DNA of 60,500 nt, counting the filler. It is 3 parts of 3 records of this genome, joined end to end, with 100 filler letters (N's around TTAATTAATTAA, not from the genome) between each part and the next. Parts side by side here need not be neighbours in the genome. Positions count along the whole stretch, not along the records: positions 30,260 to 38,228 come from SRR20825019_161; positions 38,329 to 60,500 come from SRR20825019_165; 1 more part is not named here. One strand, 5' to 3'. A program made the translations under genes and the position numbers. This document shows positions 36,900 to 47,700 of this stretch, piece after piece; positions within the stretch are counted from its first letter, which is position 1, and every line of letters starts with the position of its first letter. The notes under the pieces were generated by a model. It was not told where the DNA came from and did not search any database. It saw only the letters and a list, made by a program, of their open reading frames with translations.

Positions 36900-38060
36900 A
36901 CCGCCACAGTGGGGTCGGCGTGAGCCGGGCCCGGGCGCCCGGGTGCTGGGCCCCGTCAGTGCCGGTGCGGCGGCTGAGCCTCAGCACAAACGGGCCGGGG
37001 CGGGCGCGCGTAGGGGCCGCGGGGCGGGGGCCGGGTCACTGGGCCCGGGCGGGCCGCCGCACTGGGCGGCGCCGGGTCCGCGAGTGGCGTGTGCACAAAC
37101 GTTGCTCGCGGGCGACACGCCGTCACGGCCGGGCGCGCCGGCCCGCGCCGGCCGGAGTGCCGGCGGGTGCGTGCCGGGCGGGTCCCGGCCGAGCCCCGCA
37201 GGCCGCCGGGCCCGGGCCGGGGGGCCCCGCCGGGGGGCCCCGCCGGCCCAAGCGGGGGACCGTACAACCGGCCCTCGCCACCGCTCCCGCGAGTCCGACG
37301 CCGCCCGGGCTCGGCTCCGGCGGTCCGGTTGGGGGTCCATCATGGTCCCGGGCCGGGCCGGTGGCGGCACTGTGAGTAACCGTCAATGCCTTAGTTAGAT
37401 CTGATCGGAGACTTCCCAATGGGGATGCATTTTTGTCACTATGTCTGAGGCAACAGGACCTCGCCGACTGATCCGAAGGAATCCCCCGCCGGCGCGGCTG
37501 CTCGCGCAACTCTGACTGACTGGAGCCGGAGCGGAGCCGACGGCCGGAGCCGGCGGGCCGCGCCCGGCCCCGTTCGCCGTTCCGGAACGACTCACTGGCC
37601 GGGCGCCCGGGCCGCGCGGCCCCCGAACTGACGACCGCGTCACGGCGGGTCCGGCCCGGGGCCCCGGCCCGGGGGTCACCGCCTGCCAGTGGTGAGTGGT
37701 GCCCGGGCCTCGTCCCGTGACTCCGGCCGGCGAACGGAACCGGCGACGCCGGCGCGGGCCGCGCCGCGCCCCGAGTCATCCGTGACACGGTGACGGGCCG
37801 CGCCCGGGGCCGGCCGACTCCGCGGCCGCCGCGAATCAGCCCGGGCGGGCCGGCCGCCGGGCCCCGGGCCCCCTTGGCCCCTGAGACGCCGGGCCCTCAG
37901 CCTGAGGGCCGGGCCTCGCCCGCCCGCGGCGGTCTGCGGATCCGGTCCGATCATCGCTCGGCGTGGGCGGCTGGCGACGCCCGGCTCTTTCAGCTTCACC
38001 CGCCAGCGGCCGGCCGGCCCGCTCAGGCCCGGCGAGGCGTGCCCGTGCCGGGATCGGAGC
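36900..38060. promoter_or_regulatory. Second ultra-GC-rich intergenic island with an AT-richer core (~37370-37470)
   Basis: Same composition and layout as 33880-34690. Upstream of the phosphatase gene. Confidence 0.5.
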
Positions 38061-38205
38061 GCTTCGTCAGTAGTTCAGCTTGGGTGCTTTGATTCGGTCT
38101 TCGTCCCGCGGCCGGCTACTGGCCCAGTCGACACTGCCCAACTTGCGACCCGGAAATGAACCCCACAGCAAGCTTCCAGGCCCCCATCCATCTCCTCTCT
38201 TGCAA

Positions 38206-38228
38206 CCCCCCCCCCCCCCCCCCCCCCC
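38206..38228. repeat. Poly-C tract at the contig end
   Basis: Run of about 23 C. Confidence 0.85.
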
Positions 38229-38328
38229 NNNNNNNNNNNNNNNNNNNNNNNNNNNNNNNNNNNNNNNNNNNNTTAATTAATTAANNNNNNNNNNNNNNNN
38301 NNNNNNNNNNNNNNNNNNNNNNNNNNNN
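38229..38328. other. Artificial contig spacer
   Basis: N44-TTAATTAATTAA-N44. Confidence 0.98.
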
Positions 38329-38397
38329 GTGGGTCTGGTGACCAAAATGGACGCCTGCTTCCAGCAGCTGGCGCATGGTAAAATCGGGCAATGCCAT
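38329..38397 (-). CDS. rpsB: 30S ribosomal protein S2, N-terminus (truncated at contig end)
   Basis: Manual translation MALPDFTMRQLLEAGVHFGHQTH. RBS AAGGAG upstream. Not in the ORF track. Confidence 0.95.
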
Positions 38398-38407
38398 GCC
38401 TTATCTC

Positions 38408-38515
38408 CTTTTCCGGTTGAACCTCCGCAGACCGTAGAACAGGTTTTCAAATCACCTGACACCGGCGGAGCGAGCCGGATTTCTCCCGGAACACCCCAAA
38501 AGTCTGCGTGTGGAA
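38408..38515 (-). ncRNA. rpsB 5' leader (t44 / S2 autoregulatory RNA)
   Basis: CACAC...GGGGTG...GGAGG..AACC hallmarks. Closing stem CGCAGAC/GTCTGCG (38502-38508 with 38426-38432). Directly upstream of rpsB. Confidence 0.75.
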
Positions 38516-38593
38516 TGCGGCGGCGATATCCTGTTTTGTTCACAAATGCAAGCATTGCCACGACTAAAGAGCAAAAAGAGCTCCGTCAGAACC

Positions 38594-39418
38594 TCATTCA
38601 ACCTCTCCGGAACAACGCGGCGCCTCCAACATATCAAGTGTCTGCATCGCACCTGAAATCCTGAAATCGCCAAAATCCATCAAAAGATCCCGGCTGACAC
38701 CACCAGATGACAGAACCATCGACACAGAATAATCAGGTATCTGGTCACCGCTGACTTCACCGGCCGGGTAGTATGCGGTGGTAATTGGCCAACGCTCCAG
38801 GTCATTCTGCTCAGATATCCCGTCGGCAAAGGCAGGCTTGCCAATCATGGTGACGGCCAGCATCACTGTGTCCCCAGACCCATCGAAAGACATGGCCTGA
38901 TAAACACGTTTCCCGGCCCGGGCCGCGATAATGACATGAGCCATATACTCCGTCGGAAATTCAGCCGCTTGCAGCTCAAGCGCGCGCTCTTCGGAATCGA
39001 CATCGTCAACCATCAGGGATATTTCGTCTCCAGCAGTGCGCACAGCTTCACCGCTGGTTGTCATTTGAAGCTCAAAATCCGAGAACAGAACATTTGAGAA
39101 GGAAAAGCTTTTCGACAACGCGTCTTCCAGTGTCGATGTCACCTGATCGGTTATTACCGTCCCCTCTTCCTTGCTAATGTCGGTTACCATGCGCATGTCG
39201 GTTTCATATCCGGAGCAGGCGTTGCCGGTAAATTCGTAGACAAATCGTCCATCCAGAGCCTCAACACCCGATTGCGCCGACGCCCAGTCCAGCGAAAGGT
39301 CATAAATGGCACGATGTGGCTTAAGCCGGTCAAGCACGCTTTCGGTCGCCCCATCATCAGCTGAAGCAACCAGAACCGATGCCAGCAAAAAAAGACTCGT
39401 CGACACGGTCTTTTGCAT
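38594..39418 (-). CDS. eipB: Cell envelope integrity protein EipB (DUF1849)
   Basis: Signal peptide, L.PHRAIYDLSL, GRFVYEFTGNACSGY, GVSRDL..DFGDF, terminal Cys. The rpsB-eipB-ridA order is typical of Rhizobiales. Confidence 0.85.
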   Translation of the reverse strand: MQKTVSTSLFLLASVLVASADDGATESVLDRLKPHRAIYDLSLDWASAQSGVEALDGRFVYEFTGNACSGYETDMRMVTDISKEEGTVITDQVTSTLEDALSKSFSFSNVLFSDFELQMTTSGEAVRTAGDEISLMVDDVDSEERALELQAAEFPTEYMAHVIIAARAGKRVYQAMSFDGSGDTVMLAVTMIGKPAFADGISEQNDLERWPITTAYYPAGEVSGDQIPDYSVSMVLSSGGVSRDLLMDFGDFRISGAMQTLDMLEAPRCSGEVE

Positions 39419-39511
39419 AAAATTCCCCCCTTGGCATTCGCTGCTGATCGTATAGAAAATCCATTTGTCTGCCAATTCCATCATCGATTTCTCTATTAAG
39501 GAATTTTCTTC

Positions 39512-39979
39512 ATGTCTGCTGAGATCAATGCACGTCTCGAAGCACTTTCAATATCCCTGCCGGAAGCTGCTGCACCGGCTGCAAACTACGTTTCCTACAC
39601 AATTTCCGGCAATCTGCTTTACATTTCGGGACAGCTGCCAATGGAAGACGGTAATCTTGTTGCAAAAGGCCATCTTGGAAGTACTGTGTCGCTGGAAAAC
39701 GGGCAGCAAGCAGCAAAGGTCTGCGCAATCAATATCATCGCCCAGGCCAAGGCCGCACTGGATGGTGACCTTGGCCGTGTTCGCCGCATTCTGCGTATCA
39801 ATGGTTTTGTCGCTTCGACACCGGATTTTACCGATCAGCATCTCGTTATCAATGGCGCATCCGATCTTCTTGCAGGTGTTTTCGCAGAAGCAGGAAAGCA
39901 CAGCCGCGCGGCCGTTGGCATGGCCGCATTGCCACTGGGTGCTGCTGTCGAAATCGATGCCATTCTGGAGATTGCATGA
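39512..39979 (+). CDS. RidA/YjgF family protein
   Basis: PAANYV, YISGQLP, NGASDL...F...GKHSRAAVG...LP.GAAVEID. Confidence 0.92.
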   Translation: MSAEINARLEALSISLPEAAAPAANYVSYTISGNLLYISGQLPMEDGNLVAKGHLGSTVSLENGQQAAKVCAINIIAQAKAALDGDLGRVRRILRINGFVASTPDFTDQHLVINGASDLLAGVFAEAGKHSRAAVGMAALPLGAAVEIDAILEIA

Positions 39980-40692
39980 TGCCTGCTCCGAAATGGCTGA
40001 CGGCCAGGCCGATTGCCCACCGTGGTTACCATGACCTGAACCAATCGGTATGGGAAAATACGGCCCCCGCCTTCAGGCGTGCAATTGATGCGGGTTTTGC
40101 GATTGAGTGTGACGTCCGGCTTTCGAAAGACGGTGTGCCTTTTGTTTTCCACGATGATGACTTGCAGCGGCTTTGCGGCCGGGACGAAACCATCGAACAA
40201 CTTGATGCAAGGGAAATTGATTCGATCACTGTTGGCAGTACAGATGAGCTCATTCCGCGCTTTTCTGATTTTCTGAAAGCCTGTGCGGGAACCGTACCGC
40301 TGGTTGTGGAACTCAAGCGTGGCGGCGAACCCGATACACGCTTCGTTCCAACCGTTGCCGATGCCGTTCGCAGCTATGCCGGTCCGCTGGCCCTGATGAG
40401 CTTTGACGCTGAAATCATACGCTCGCTGACAGACGAAAACCTGCCCTGCCCGCTCGGTCTTACAGCTCTTGGAGATACGGAAGAAGACTTCGCAAAGCAC
40501 CGTGCTGCGCTTGCAGTCGGCCTTGATTTCATCTCATATTATTACGAACATCTGAACAACGATTTTATTGCCGGTCTTCGAACTGACGGCATAGCGATCA
40601 TCACGTGGACTGTTCGCGATCATCACGCTCGGAAGCTGAGTGAACGATATGGTGATCAAATGACATTCGAGGGTTTTGACCCCCGAGCATAG
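39976..40692 (+). CDS. Glycerophosphodiester phosphodiesterase
   Basis: IAHRG, ENT..AF, IECDV..SKDG..FVFHD, VELK, TWTV. Confidence 0.92.
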   Translation: MMPAPKWLTARPIAHRGYHDLNQSVWENTAPAFRRAIDAGFAIECDVRLSKDGVPFVFHDDDLQRLCGRDETIEQLDAREIDSITVGSTDELIPRFSDFLKACAGTVPLVVELKRGGEPDTRFVPTVADAVRSYAGPLALMSFDAEIIRSLTDENLPCPLGLTALGDTEEDFAKHRAALAVGLDFISYYYEHLNNDFIAGLRTDGIAIITWTVRDHHARKLSERYGDQMTFEGFDPRA

Positions 40693-40709
40693 CCTAGTGC
40701 GAGCCAGAT

Positions 40710-41867
40710 TTGAGCGACAATATTCACATCCGCGTCGAACACAGCTTTACCAACATCCCTCCGGAGAACTGGGCGCGGCTTGTTCATTTGGGAGGTTACA
40801 ACCCGTTCCTTTCGCACGCCTACCTTTCGGCTCTGGAAGAATCTGGCTCAGCCACAGCAGAAACCGGCTGGCTGGGCCATCATCTTTTGCTTGAAAATGA
40901 TAGCGGTGACCTGATTGGAGCGATGCCCTGCTACCTTAAAAACCATAGTCAGGGTGAGTATGTCTTCGATCATGGCTGGGCCGACGCCTTTGAGCGTGCC
41001 GGTGGCCGTTATTACCCGAAGCTTCAGGCCTCAATACCGTTCACACCTGCGACCGGCCCTCACCTGCTGGTCGCCAGAGGCTACAACCGTGAGACGGCTC
41101 AAGAGGTTTTGGCTAACGGATTGATAGCGGTCAACGATCAGCTCGGTGTTTCGTCCGCACACGTTACATTTGTTTCAACTGATGAGATGGATGTGTTTGC
41201 ACAGGCTGGTTATCTTCAACGCACAGACCAGCAGTTCCACTTCATCAATGATGGCTATGACAGCCACGAAGCGTTTCTGGAAACCCTGGCTTCTCGAAAG
41301 CGTAAAGCTTTGAGAAAAGAGCGCCGCATCGCCCTTGAAAACGGTATCGCTATCGACTGGCTGACAGGATCAGATCTCAATGAAAGTATCTGGGACCAGT
41401 TTTTCGAATTCTACACAGATACCGGTTCGCGAAAATGGGGACGCCCCTATCTTACGCGCTCATTTTACTCCCTTATCGGTGAACGCATGGCCGACGATAT
41501 TGTGTTGATCATGGCCAGCCGTGAGGGGCGCTATATTGCCGGGGCGATCAATTTCATTGGTGAAAACACCCTGTTCGGGCGCCATTGGGGCTGTATCGAA
41601 CATCACCGTTTTCTTCATTTCGAGGTCTGCTACCATCAGGCCATCGACTTTGCGATTGCGCGAGGCATTGGACGGGTTGAAGCCGGTGCACAGGGCGAAC
41701 ACAAACTCGCTCGCGGTTATCTTCCTGTCACAACGCATTCGGCTCATTACATAGCCCATGAAGGTTTACGGCAAGCGGTGGCAGACTTTCTGGAACACGA
41801 ACGCGAAGATGTTGCGTCCATGAACGAAGTGTTGTCAGACCATACCCCTTTCAAAAAAGGTAATTAA
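40710..41867 (+). CDS. GNAT / FemAB-like protein (DUF482)
   Basis: HSQGEYVFDHGWADA, YYPKL...PFTP, LHFEVCYHQAI, EAGAQGEHKLARGY. Confidence 0.92.
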   Translation: MSDNIHIRVEHSFTNIPPENWARLVHLGGYNPFLSHAYLSALEESGSATAETGWLGHHLLLENDSGDLIGAMPCYLKNHSQGEYVFDHGWADAFERAGGRYYPKLQASIPFTPATGPHLLVARGYNRETAQEVLANGLIAVNDQLGVSSAHVTFVSTDEMDVFAQAGYLQRTDQQFHFINDGYDSHEAFLETLASRKRKALRKERRIALENGIAIDWLTGSDLNESIWDQFFEFYTDTGSRKWGRPYLTRSFYSLIGERMADDIVLIMASREGRYIAGAINFIGENTLFGRHWGCIEHHRFLHFEVCYHQAIDFAIARGIGRVEAGAQGEHKLARGYLPVTTHSAHYIAHEGLRQAVADFLEHEREDVASMNEVLSDHTPFKKGN

Positions 41868-41897
41868 TTTCAACAATAATACAATGAGGTATAGGCA

Positions 41898-42323
41898 ATG
41901 GTTGAAGTTAAATATGAAGAAAATAACATCTTCGCCAAAATTCTGAAGGATGAATTTCCTTCGGTGCGCGTCTATGAAGATGATGATGTCGTGGCGATCA
42001 TGGATGTTATGCCGCAAGCGCCGGGCCACGTTCTGGTTCTCCCGCGTGCGCCTTCCAGAAATCTGCTGGATGCCGACCCGGCAGTGCTGGCCAAAACAAT
42101 CCCGGTTGTTCAGAAACTGGCCAAGGCTGTAAAGAAGGCATTCGAAGCGGATGGCGTTTTTGTCGCACAATTCAACGAACCGGCAGCAGGTCAGACTGTC
42201 TTTCACCTGCACTTCCATATCATTCCGCGCATGGAAGGTCAGGAACTCAAGCGACACTCTGACAATATGGAAGACACATCTGTGCTGCAGACCAATGCAG
42301 AGAAGATCAAAGCGGCTCTTTGA
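41898..42323 (+). CDS. HIT family hydrolase
   Basis: NIFAKIL, GHVLV.P, AGQTVFHLHFHIIPR. Confidence 0.93.
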   Translation: MVEVKYEENNIFAKILKDEFPSVRVYEDDDVVAIMDVMPQAPGHVLVLPRAPSRNLLDADPAVLAKTIPVVQKLAKAVKKAFEADGVFVAQFNEPAAGQTVFHLHFHIIPRMEGQELKRHSDNMEDTSVLQTNAEKIKAAL

Positions 42324-42356
42324 GCTTTGTTGCAAGCGGCAGTTTCGTTACTGCCG

Positions 42357-42384
42357 AAAAGGCCGGGCGCGGGCCCGGCCTTTT
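42357..42384. terminator. Bidirectional rho-independent terminator
   Basis: AAAAGGCCGGGC-GCGG-GCCCGGCCTTTT between convergent genes. Confidence 0.85.
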
Positions 42385-42407
42385 ATATGTTCAAAGGTTG
42401 TTTCGCC

Positions 42408-43394
42408 CTACCAGCGCTGATGAACGTGGGGGGCAATACGCGACTGGTAAATCTCCTGCATGGCCGCCATGACGTCGCCGCCGATTGCAGGAAGGTCCGA
42501 AGCAGACGCGTTGGCTTTGGCCTGCTCGGCATTACGTGCGCCGGGAATGGCAACGGTCACGGCGTCATTCATCAGGATCCAGCGCAGCGCGAATGCTGCC
42601 ATGGTCTCGCCACCGGGCACATGCTTGCGCACCTCTTCGACAGCATCCAAAGCAATATCTAACGGCACGCCGGCAAAGGTTTCACCAACATCGAAGGCTT
42701 CGCCCTGGCGGTTGAAGTTACGGTGATCATCCTCGGCAAAGGTGGTATCGCGGTTGATTTTGCCAGAAAGCAGGCCACTGGCCAGTGGCACACGGGTTAT
42801 GACCGCAACATTTTTCTTTTTAGCCTCCTCGAAGAACAGCGAGGCAGGCCGCTGGCGGAAAATGTTGTAGATGATCTGGACGCTGGCAACGCCCGGATAT
42901 TCAATCGCCTTCAGTGCTTCCTCGACCTTCTCGACACTGACGCCATATGCGGCAATCTTGCCCTTCGCCTTGATCGCATCCAGACCAGCAAAAACCTCCG
43001 GATTGTAGAAAGCCTCCGTTGGCGGGCAGTGCAGCTGAACGAGATCCAGGCGCTCCACTTTTAAGTTTTCCAGGCTGCGATCAATAAAACCTTCCAGGTT
43101 TTCAAGATTGTAACCCTCGGCAGTATGCGGATTGAGGCGGCGTCCGGCCTTTGTCGCAACAAACGGCTTTTCGCCGCCACGCTCTGACAACACGTCCGCG
43201 ATGATTTTCTCCGAACGGCCGTCACCGTAAACATCAGCCGTATCGATAAAATTAATACCGGAATCGAGCGCAGCGTTCAAAGCTGCTCGACCGTCTTCCT
43301 CGCTGACAGAGCCCCAGGAGCCACCGATCTGCCAGGCACCAAAACCGATATTTGAAACAGGCCGCCCGGTGCGACCGAAATTATGATAGTGCAT
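42408..43394 (-). CDS. Aldo/keto reductase
   Basis: IGFGAWQIGG, FIDTADVYG.G.SE, ATKAG, DLVQLH, PLASGLL, IPG. Confidence 0.93.
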   Translation of the reverse strand: MHYHNFGRTGRPVSNIGFGAWQIGGSWGSVSEEDGRAALNAALDSGINFIDTADVYGDGRSEKIIADVLSERGGEKPFVATKAGRRLNPHTAEGYNLENLEGFIDRSLENLKVERLDLVQLHCPPTEAFYNPEVFAGLDAIKAKGKIAAYGVSVEKVEEALKAIEYPGVASVQIIYNIFRQRPASLFFEEAKKKNVAVITRVPLASGLLSGKINRDTTFAEDDHRNFNRQGEAFDVGETFAGVPLDIALDAVEEVRKHVPGGETMAAFALRWILMNDAVTVAIPGARNAEQAKANASASDLPAIGGDVMAAMQEIYQSRIAPHVHQRW

Positions 43395-43531
43395 CGTCTC
43401 CTCCGATGAGTAACAAGCATTGATAAAATGCGAATTGGATAATGCGCCGAACCGGCGCTTTCGACTTGCAGTGAAACCCTTCCTTCTTTTAGCCCTATAA
43501 GCTGGACACGAAAAGCACAGGAACAGAATTT

Positions 43532-44779
43532 GTGACAGGCTTTCGATTTATTCATGCCGCGGACCTGCATCTGGGCTCACCGCTGACGGGCCTTGCACTC
43601 AAGGATCCACAGATTGCCGAGCGCTTTGCTGCCGCAGGTCGCGATGCCTTTACAGCTCTGATAGACCGGGCCTTAAGCGAAGCAGTCGATTTCATGATCA
43701 TCGCCGGCGATGTTTATGATGGACCGTGGAGGGACAACCACATCGGTTTGTTCTTTAATCGCGAAATCGCACGGCTGACGCGGGCCGGCATACCGGTTTA
43801 TCTGTTGCGCGGGAATCATGATGCGGAAAGCATTGTCGCACGCACGATCGCCATGCCGGAGGGTGTTTATGAATTCTCGACGAAGAAGCCTGAAACCTTT
43901 CGGATCGATGATAAGCAGATTGCCTTGCATGGGCAGGGCTTTGCCGAAAGATCCGTCAACGAAAATCTGGTTCTGTCCTACCCGTCAGCCCTGCCTGGCT
44001 GGTTCAATATCGGCGTGCTTCACACATCGCTTTCCGGAAGACCGCCTCACGCGCCCTATGCCCCATGCACACCAGATGATCTGCGTCTTCGCGGGTATGA
44101 TTACTGGGCGCTTGGTCATGTTCATGCCTTTGAAGAGGTCTTGAGTGATCCGTTGACGATTTATCCGGGTAACCTGCAAGGCCGCAATATTCGCGAAATC
44201 GGCGAAAAGGGCGCGGTTCTGATCTCGGTCGAAGACGGCCAGATATTCTGCGAGCGTCTGATAGTCGACTGTGCCCGTTTTGAAAGCGTAAACGTGCAGA
44301 TACACGACCGGACATCGGAATCAGACATCCTTCAGGCTGCGGAAGACGCCGTCGCGCAGTTTGGGCAGGCGGCAGATGATCGCCCGGTGGCGCTCAGACT
44401 CACGCTTTCCGGAAAGCACGCGGCTGCAGGACGTATTCACGCAAACCGCAAGCAATGGCGGGATAATGTTCAGGCAGCCTGCCAGCGTGTTCACGCCGAC
44501 CTGTGGTTGGAAAAGCTGGCGCTTGATCTGAAGCAACCTGAAACAAAGGAAACGGTTGAGGTTTCAGAAACACTGGTGGATATCGTTCGCCTGATTGAGG
44601 ATGTTGCGGCAGCGCCAGAAGCCCATGCTGAAGCAGAAGCTCTGATCGCCGAGATTGCGCGGCGTCTACCCGGCGGCCTTGCACCTGATGAACTGCCGCT
44701 TGGTCTTTCTCCGCATGATATGCTTGACGAGGCGCGCGCCGTGCTCAGGGCGCGGCTAGGACTGGAAGGGACGGCCTGA
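43532..44779 (+). CDS. YhaO/Mre11/SbcD-like metallophosphoesterase nuclease
   Basis: ADLHLG, AGDVYD, GNHD, LHTS, WALGHVH, YPGNLQGR. Confidence 0.9.
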   Translation: MTGFRFIHAADLHLGSPLTGLALKDPQIAERFAAAGRDAFTALIDRALSEAVDFMIIAGDVYDGPWRDNHIGLFFNREIARLTRAGIPVYLLRGNHDAESIVARTIAMPEGVYEFSTKKPETFRIDDKQIALHGQGFAERSVNENLVLSYPSALPGWFNIGVLHTSLSGRPPHAPYAPCTPDDLRLRGYDYWALGHVHAFEEVLSDPLTIYPGNLQGRNIREIGEKGAVLISVEDGQIFCERLIVDCARFESVNVQIHDRTSESDILQAAEDAVAQFGQAADDRPVALRLTLSGKHAAAGRIHANRKQWRDNVQAACQRVHADLWLEKLALDLKQPETKETVEVSETLVDIVRLIEDVAAAPEAHAEAEALIAEIARRLPGGLAPDELPLGLSPHDMLDEARAVLRARLGLEGTA

Positions 44780-44783
44780 TCCA

Positions 44784-47700
44784 ATGCGTTTTCTTTCGCT
44801 TGACCTAATTCGTTACGGCCATTTTTCAGACAGAAACATAGCGCTGCGGCCCGATGCCGGGCTGCACATCATATATGGGCCAAACGAAGCCGGTAAATCT
44901 TCGGCACTTGCGGCTATTTCTGACCTGCTTTTCGGCGTACAGACAGATGGCAAGAGCAAGCGCTCATCCTATTCATTCCTACACGAACAAAAAGATTTAC
45001 GTATCGGCGCAACCATCAAAAGCCCAAAGGGGGGTCTGATTAGCTTCAGGCGTCGGCACGGTCGGCAAAAAACACTTTTGGAGGATACTGATCACGAAAA
45101 GGCCCTGAACGACGATGCGTTAGCGCCATATATCGGCGGGTTGACAAGAGAAGTCTTCGAACGTGCCTTCGGGCTCGACTCGGAACGGTTGCGGTCCGGC
45201 GCAGATGAAATGCTGGCCGATGGCGGTGAAATCGGGCAATTGCTGTTCTCTGCAGCTTCCGGCCTGACTGGCCTGAAAGAAGCCGGCAGTACCCTCATCG
45301 CCGAGGCAGACCAGATCTATGCGCCGCGCAAATCCCAGAACCGGTCATTTTATCAGGCACTCGATCGGTATGACGCTGCCCGCAAGACCGAGCGATTGCA
45401 CGAACTCAACGCCAGCGACTGGAACAAACTCCTGAAGGAAGAGCGTGAGATCGATGACGCACTTGGTGATCTTCGCAAACGTCAGAGATCGCATCAAACC
45501 CGAATTTCCGATCTTCAGAGGCTTCAGCAATTGCGCGGACTTCTGGCCGAAATGGACAGGTATGCCGCGGCGCTTACTGACTTTTCCGAACTTGAAACGG
45601 TGCCAGACGAGACCGGAGAGCGCCTTGAAGCCTTGCGGACCGAGCGTGAGAAACTGGACGCTGACGCGACAAAGAAGCGTACTGACCTCAAGGCAATTAT
45701 GGATAGCTTGACGGCGCTCCATATTGACGAGAAGTTGCTTGAAAAGCGAAGTGAAATCAGTCGTCTACGGCTGGAAACTGCACTCTATAGCCAGGCGAAA
45801 GAACGTTTGCCCGAAGCGCAAAAGCGTCTGAGCGAAACAGAAACGGCACTGATCACCAGAGCGCAATCGCTAGGCCTAAAACCAAATACCGAATCTGAAA
45901 AATTATGCCCTGATAATATGTTACGCACATCCATTAAGGAAACACTTGATGAGGGGCGTCAACTCCAACGCGATGAAAAAACCGCACACGAAGCTCTGGC
46001 TGAAAATCGTGAAACCCTGGAAAACCTTCAACAGCGAAGCGAAGGCGAGCAACTGGTCGATCCATCGCCACTTCGTCGGCGTTATGATGCACTGCGACCA
46101 GAGATGGCTTTGCTCGCCGAGGCTGACCAGCTTGTTACGGAAGTGGATAAGCGCGAGCGTCAGCTCGTCGATGACGCGGCCGCATTCAGGCCACTGATTG
46201 GCAATATCTTTGATCTTTCCATCGCTGTCCTGCCAAGTCTGGAGGATATTCGCCGACATCGCGATACCATTGCGCATGCACAGCAGAAACTGCGGGAGTC
46301 GGAATCCGTGCTAGCCACGCTTTTAGAAGAGCGCTCTGCGCTGGAGCAGGCCATTGCCGGAGATCGGCGTGGCGCGGAGCTGCCATCGCGGCTGGATATT
46401 GACGCGGCACGGAGACATCGTGATGCCCTGTGGGAAGAAATCGAAGACCATATCGGGATTCCTGTCTGCGACTGGCCAATGCGGTGGGATCGTCAATATC
46501 GCGATGCGGTAAGCGAGGCTGATAATCTTGGAGACCGTGTGCTGACGGATGCCGAACAGGTTGCCCGCCGAGCGGATATGCTAACACGGCATGAGGCGGT
46601 AACGAGCAAATATAAAGACGCAGAGACTACGGTTACAGAACGACGTTCAGATCTGGAAAACGCCAGGGCTGCTTACTCGGCTTTGTTTTCTGATGCCGAG
46701 ATCACGCCCGCCAATCCAGATGGAATGCTGGAATGGCGCCGCAACATTGACGGGCTGATTGAACGGCGCTCCGAGCTGCTGGCATTGAAAGCCCGCCTTA
46801 AAAAACTGAATACCGGAAAGGATGCATTGCGAGAAAGCCTGTCGAGCATCGTTGAGACCATCGACGTTTCAGTGGATAGGGCAATGCCTCTTGTTGCCCT
46901 GACGCGCTTTGTTGAAGTGGAAATTCAACGTTTGGCTGACCGATGGGAAAACGCGCGTGAACATGAGGCAAACCTTACGGCTGCCAGGCAGAATATGGCG
47001 CGCAGTCAGGCAGTTCTGCAAAGGCTTGAAGAACGTCAGAAAGTCTTTTCCGCGCGTTTGTCTTCACTCTTGAAACAGACTGGCCTTGCCGGCGATTCAA
47101 CACTGGCAGCAGTCGCAGCAGCACTGGACATCTGGGACAGCGTTCCGGAACTTATTCAATCCCGCGAGGGACTGAAACAAACAATTGGGCGAGATCAGGC
47201 GCTGATTGCCATGTTTGAGCAATCAGTCGTTAGCGTTGTAAAGCAGGTTGCGCCGAACCTTGCAGGAAACGCGCCGGATCAGGCACTGGAAGCGCTCGAC
47301 AAGCGCATTGCAGAACAGACCGAGTTTCAAGCCCGAAAACAGGGATTGAGTGAGAATGCAGCGATGCTGGACCGCGATCTCGACAACATCAACGAGAAAC
47401 TTTCAGCGATTGATACTGAGCTACATGCCATCATCAGTGTCCTTCCTCCAGATATTGATCCGCAACAATTGCCGCAGCGCATTCGCGAGCGGATACATGT
47501 ACAGCACAATCTGAATGAAGCGCGGCGACGTTTTGGCGAAAGCAGTAACGGCGCGAATGAAGATGCCGTCCGGATGATGGCGAACGAGTTGGACCACATT
47601 GCCTGCAATCTTGAAATCGACGCCTTGAAAGCAGATGAACGCGACGACGCAATAGCACTGGAAACACTTCTCGACCGCCGCAGCACCTGCCGCCGCAGGC

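Noticed and set aside
37385-37455. Possible snRNA/snoRNA (ATTTTTG Sm-like site, terminal CTGA, closing stem)
   Set aside because: No C box and no recognisable U1/U2/U4/U5 conserved sequence. Kept only as part of the AT-core finding.
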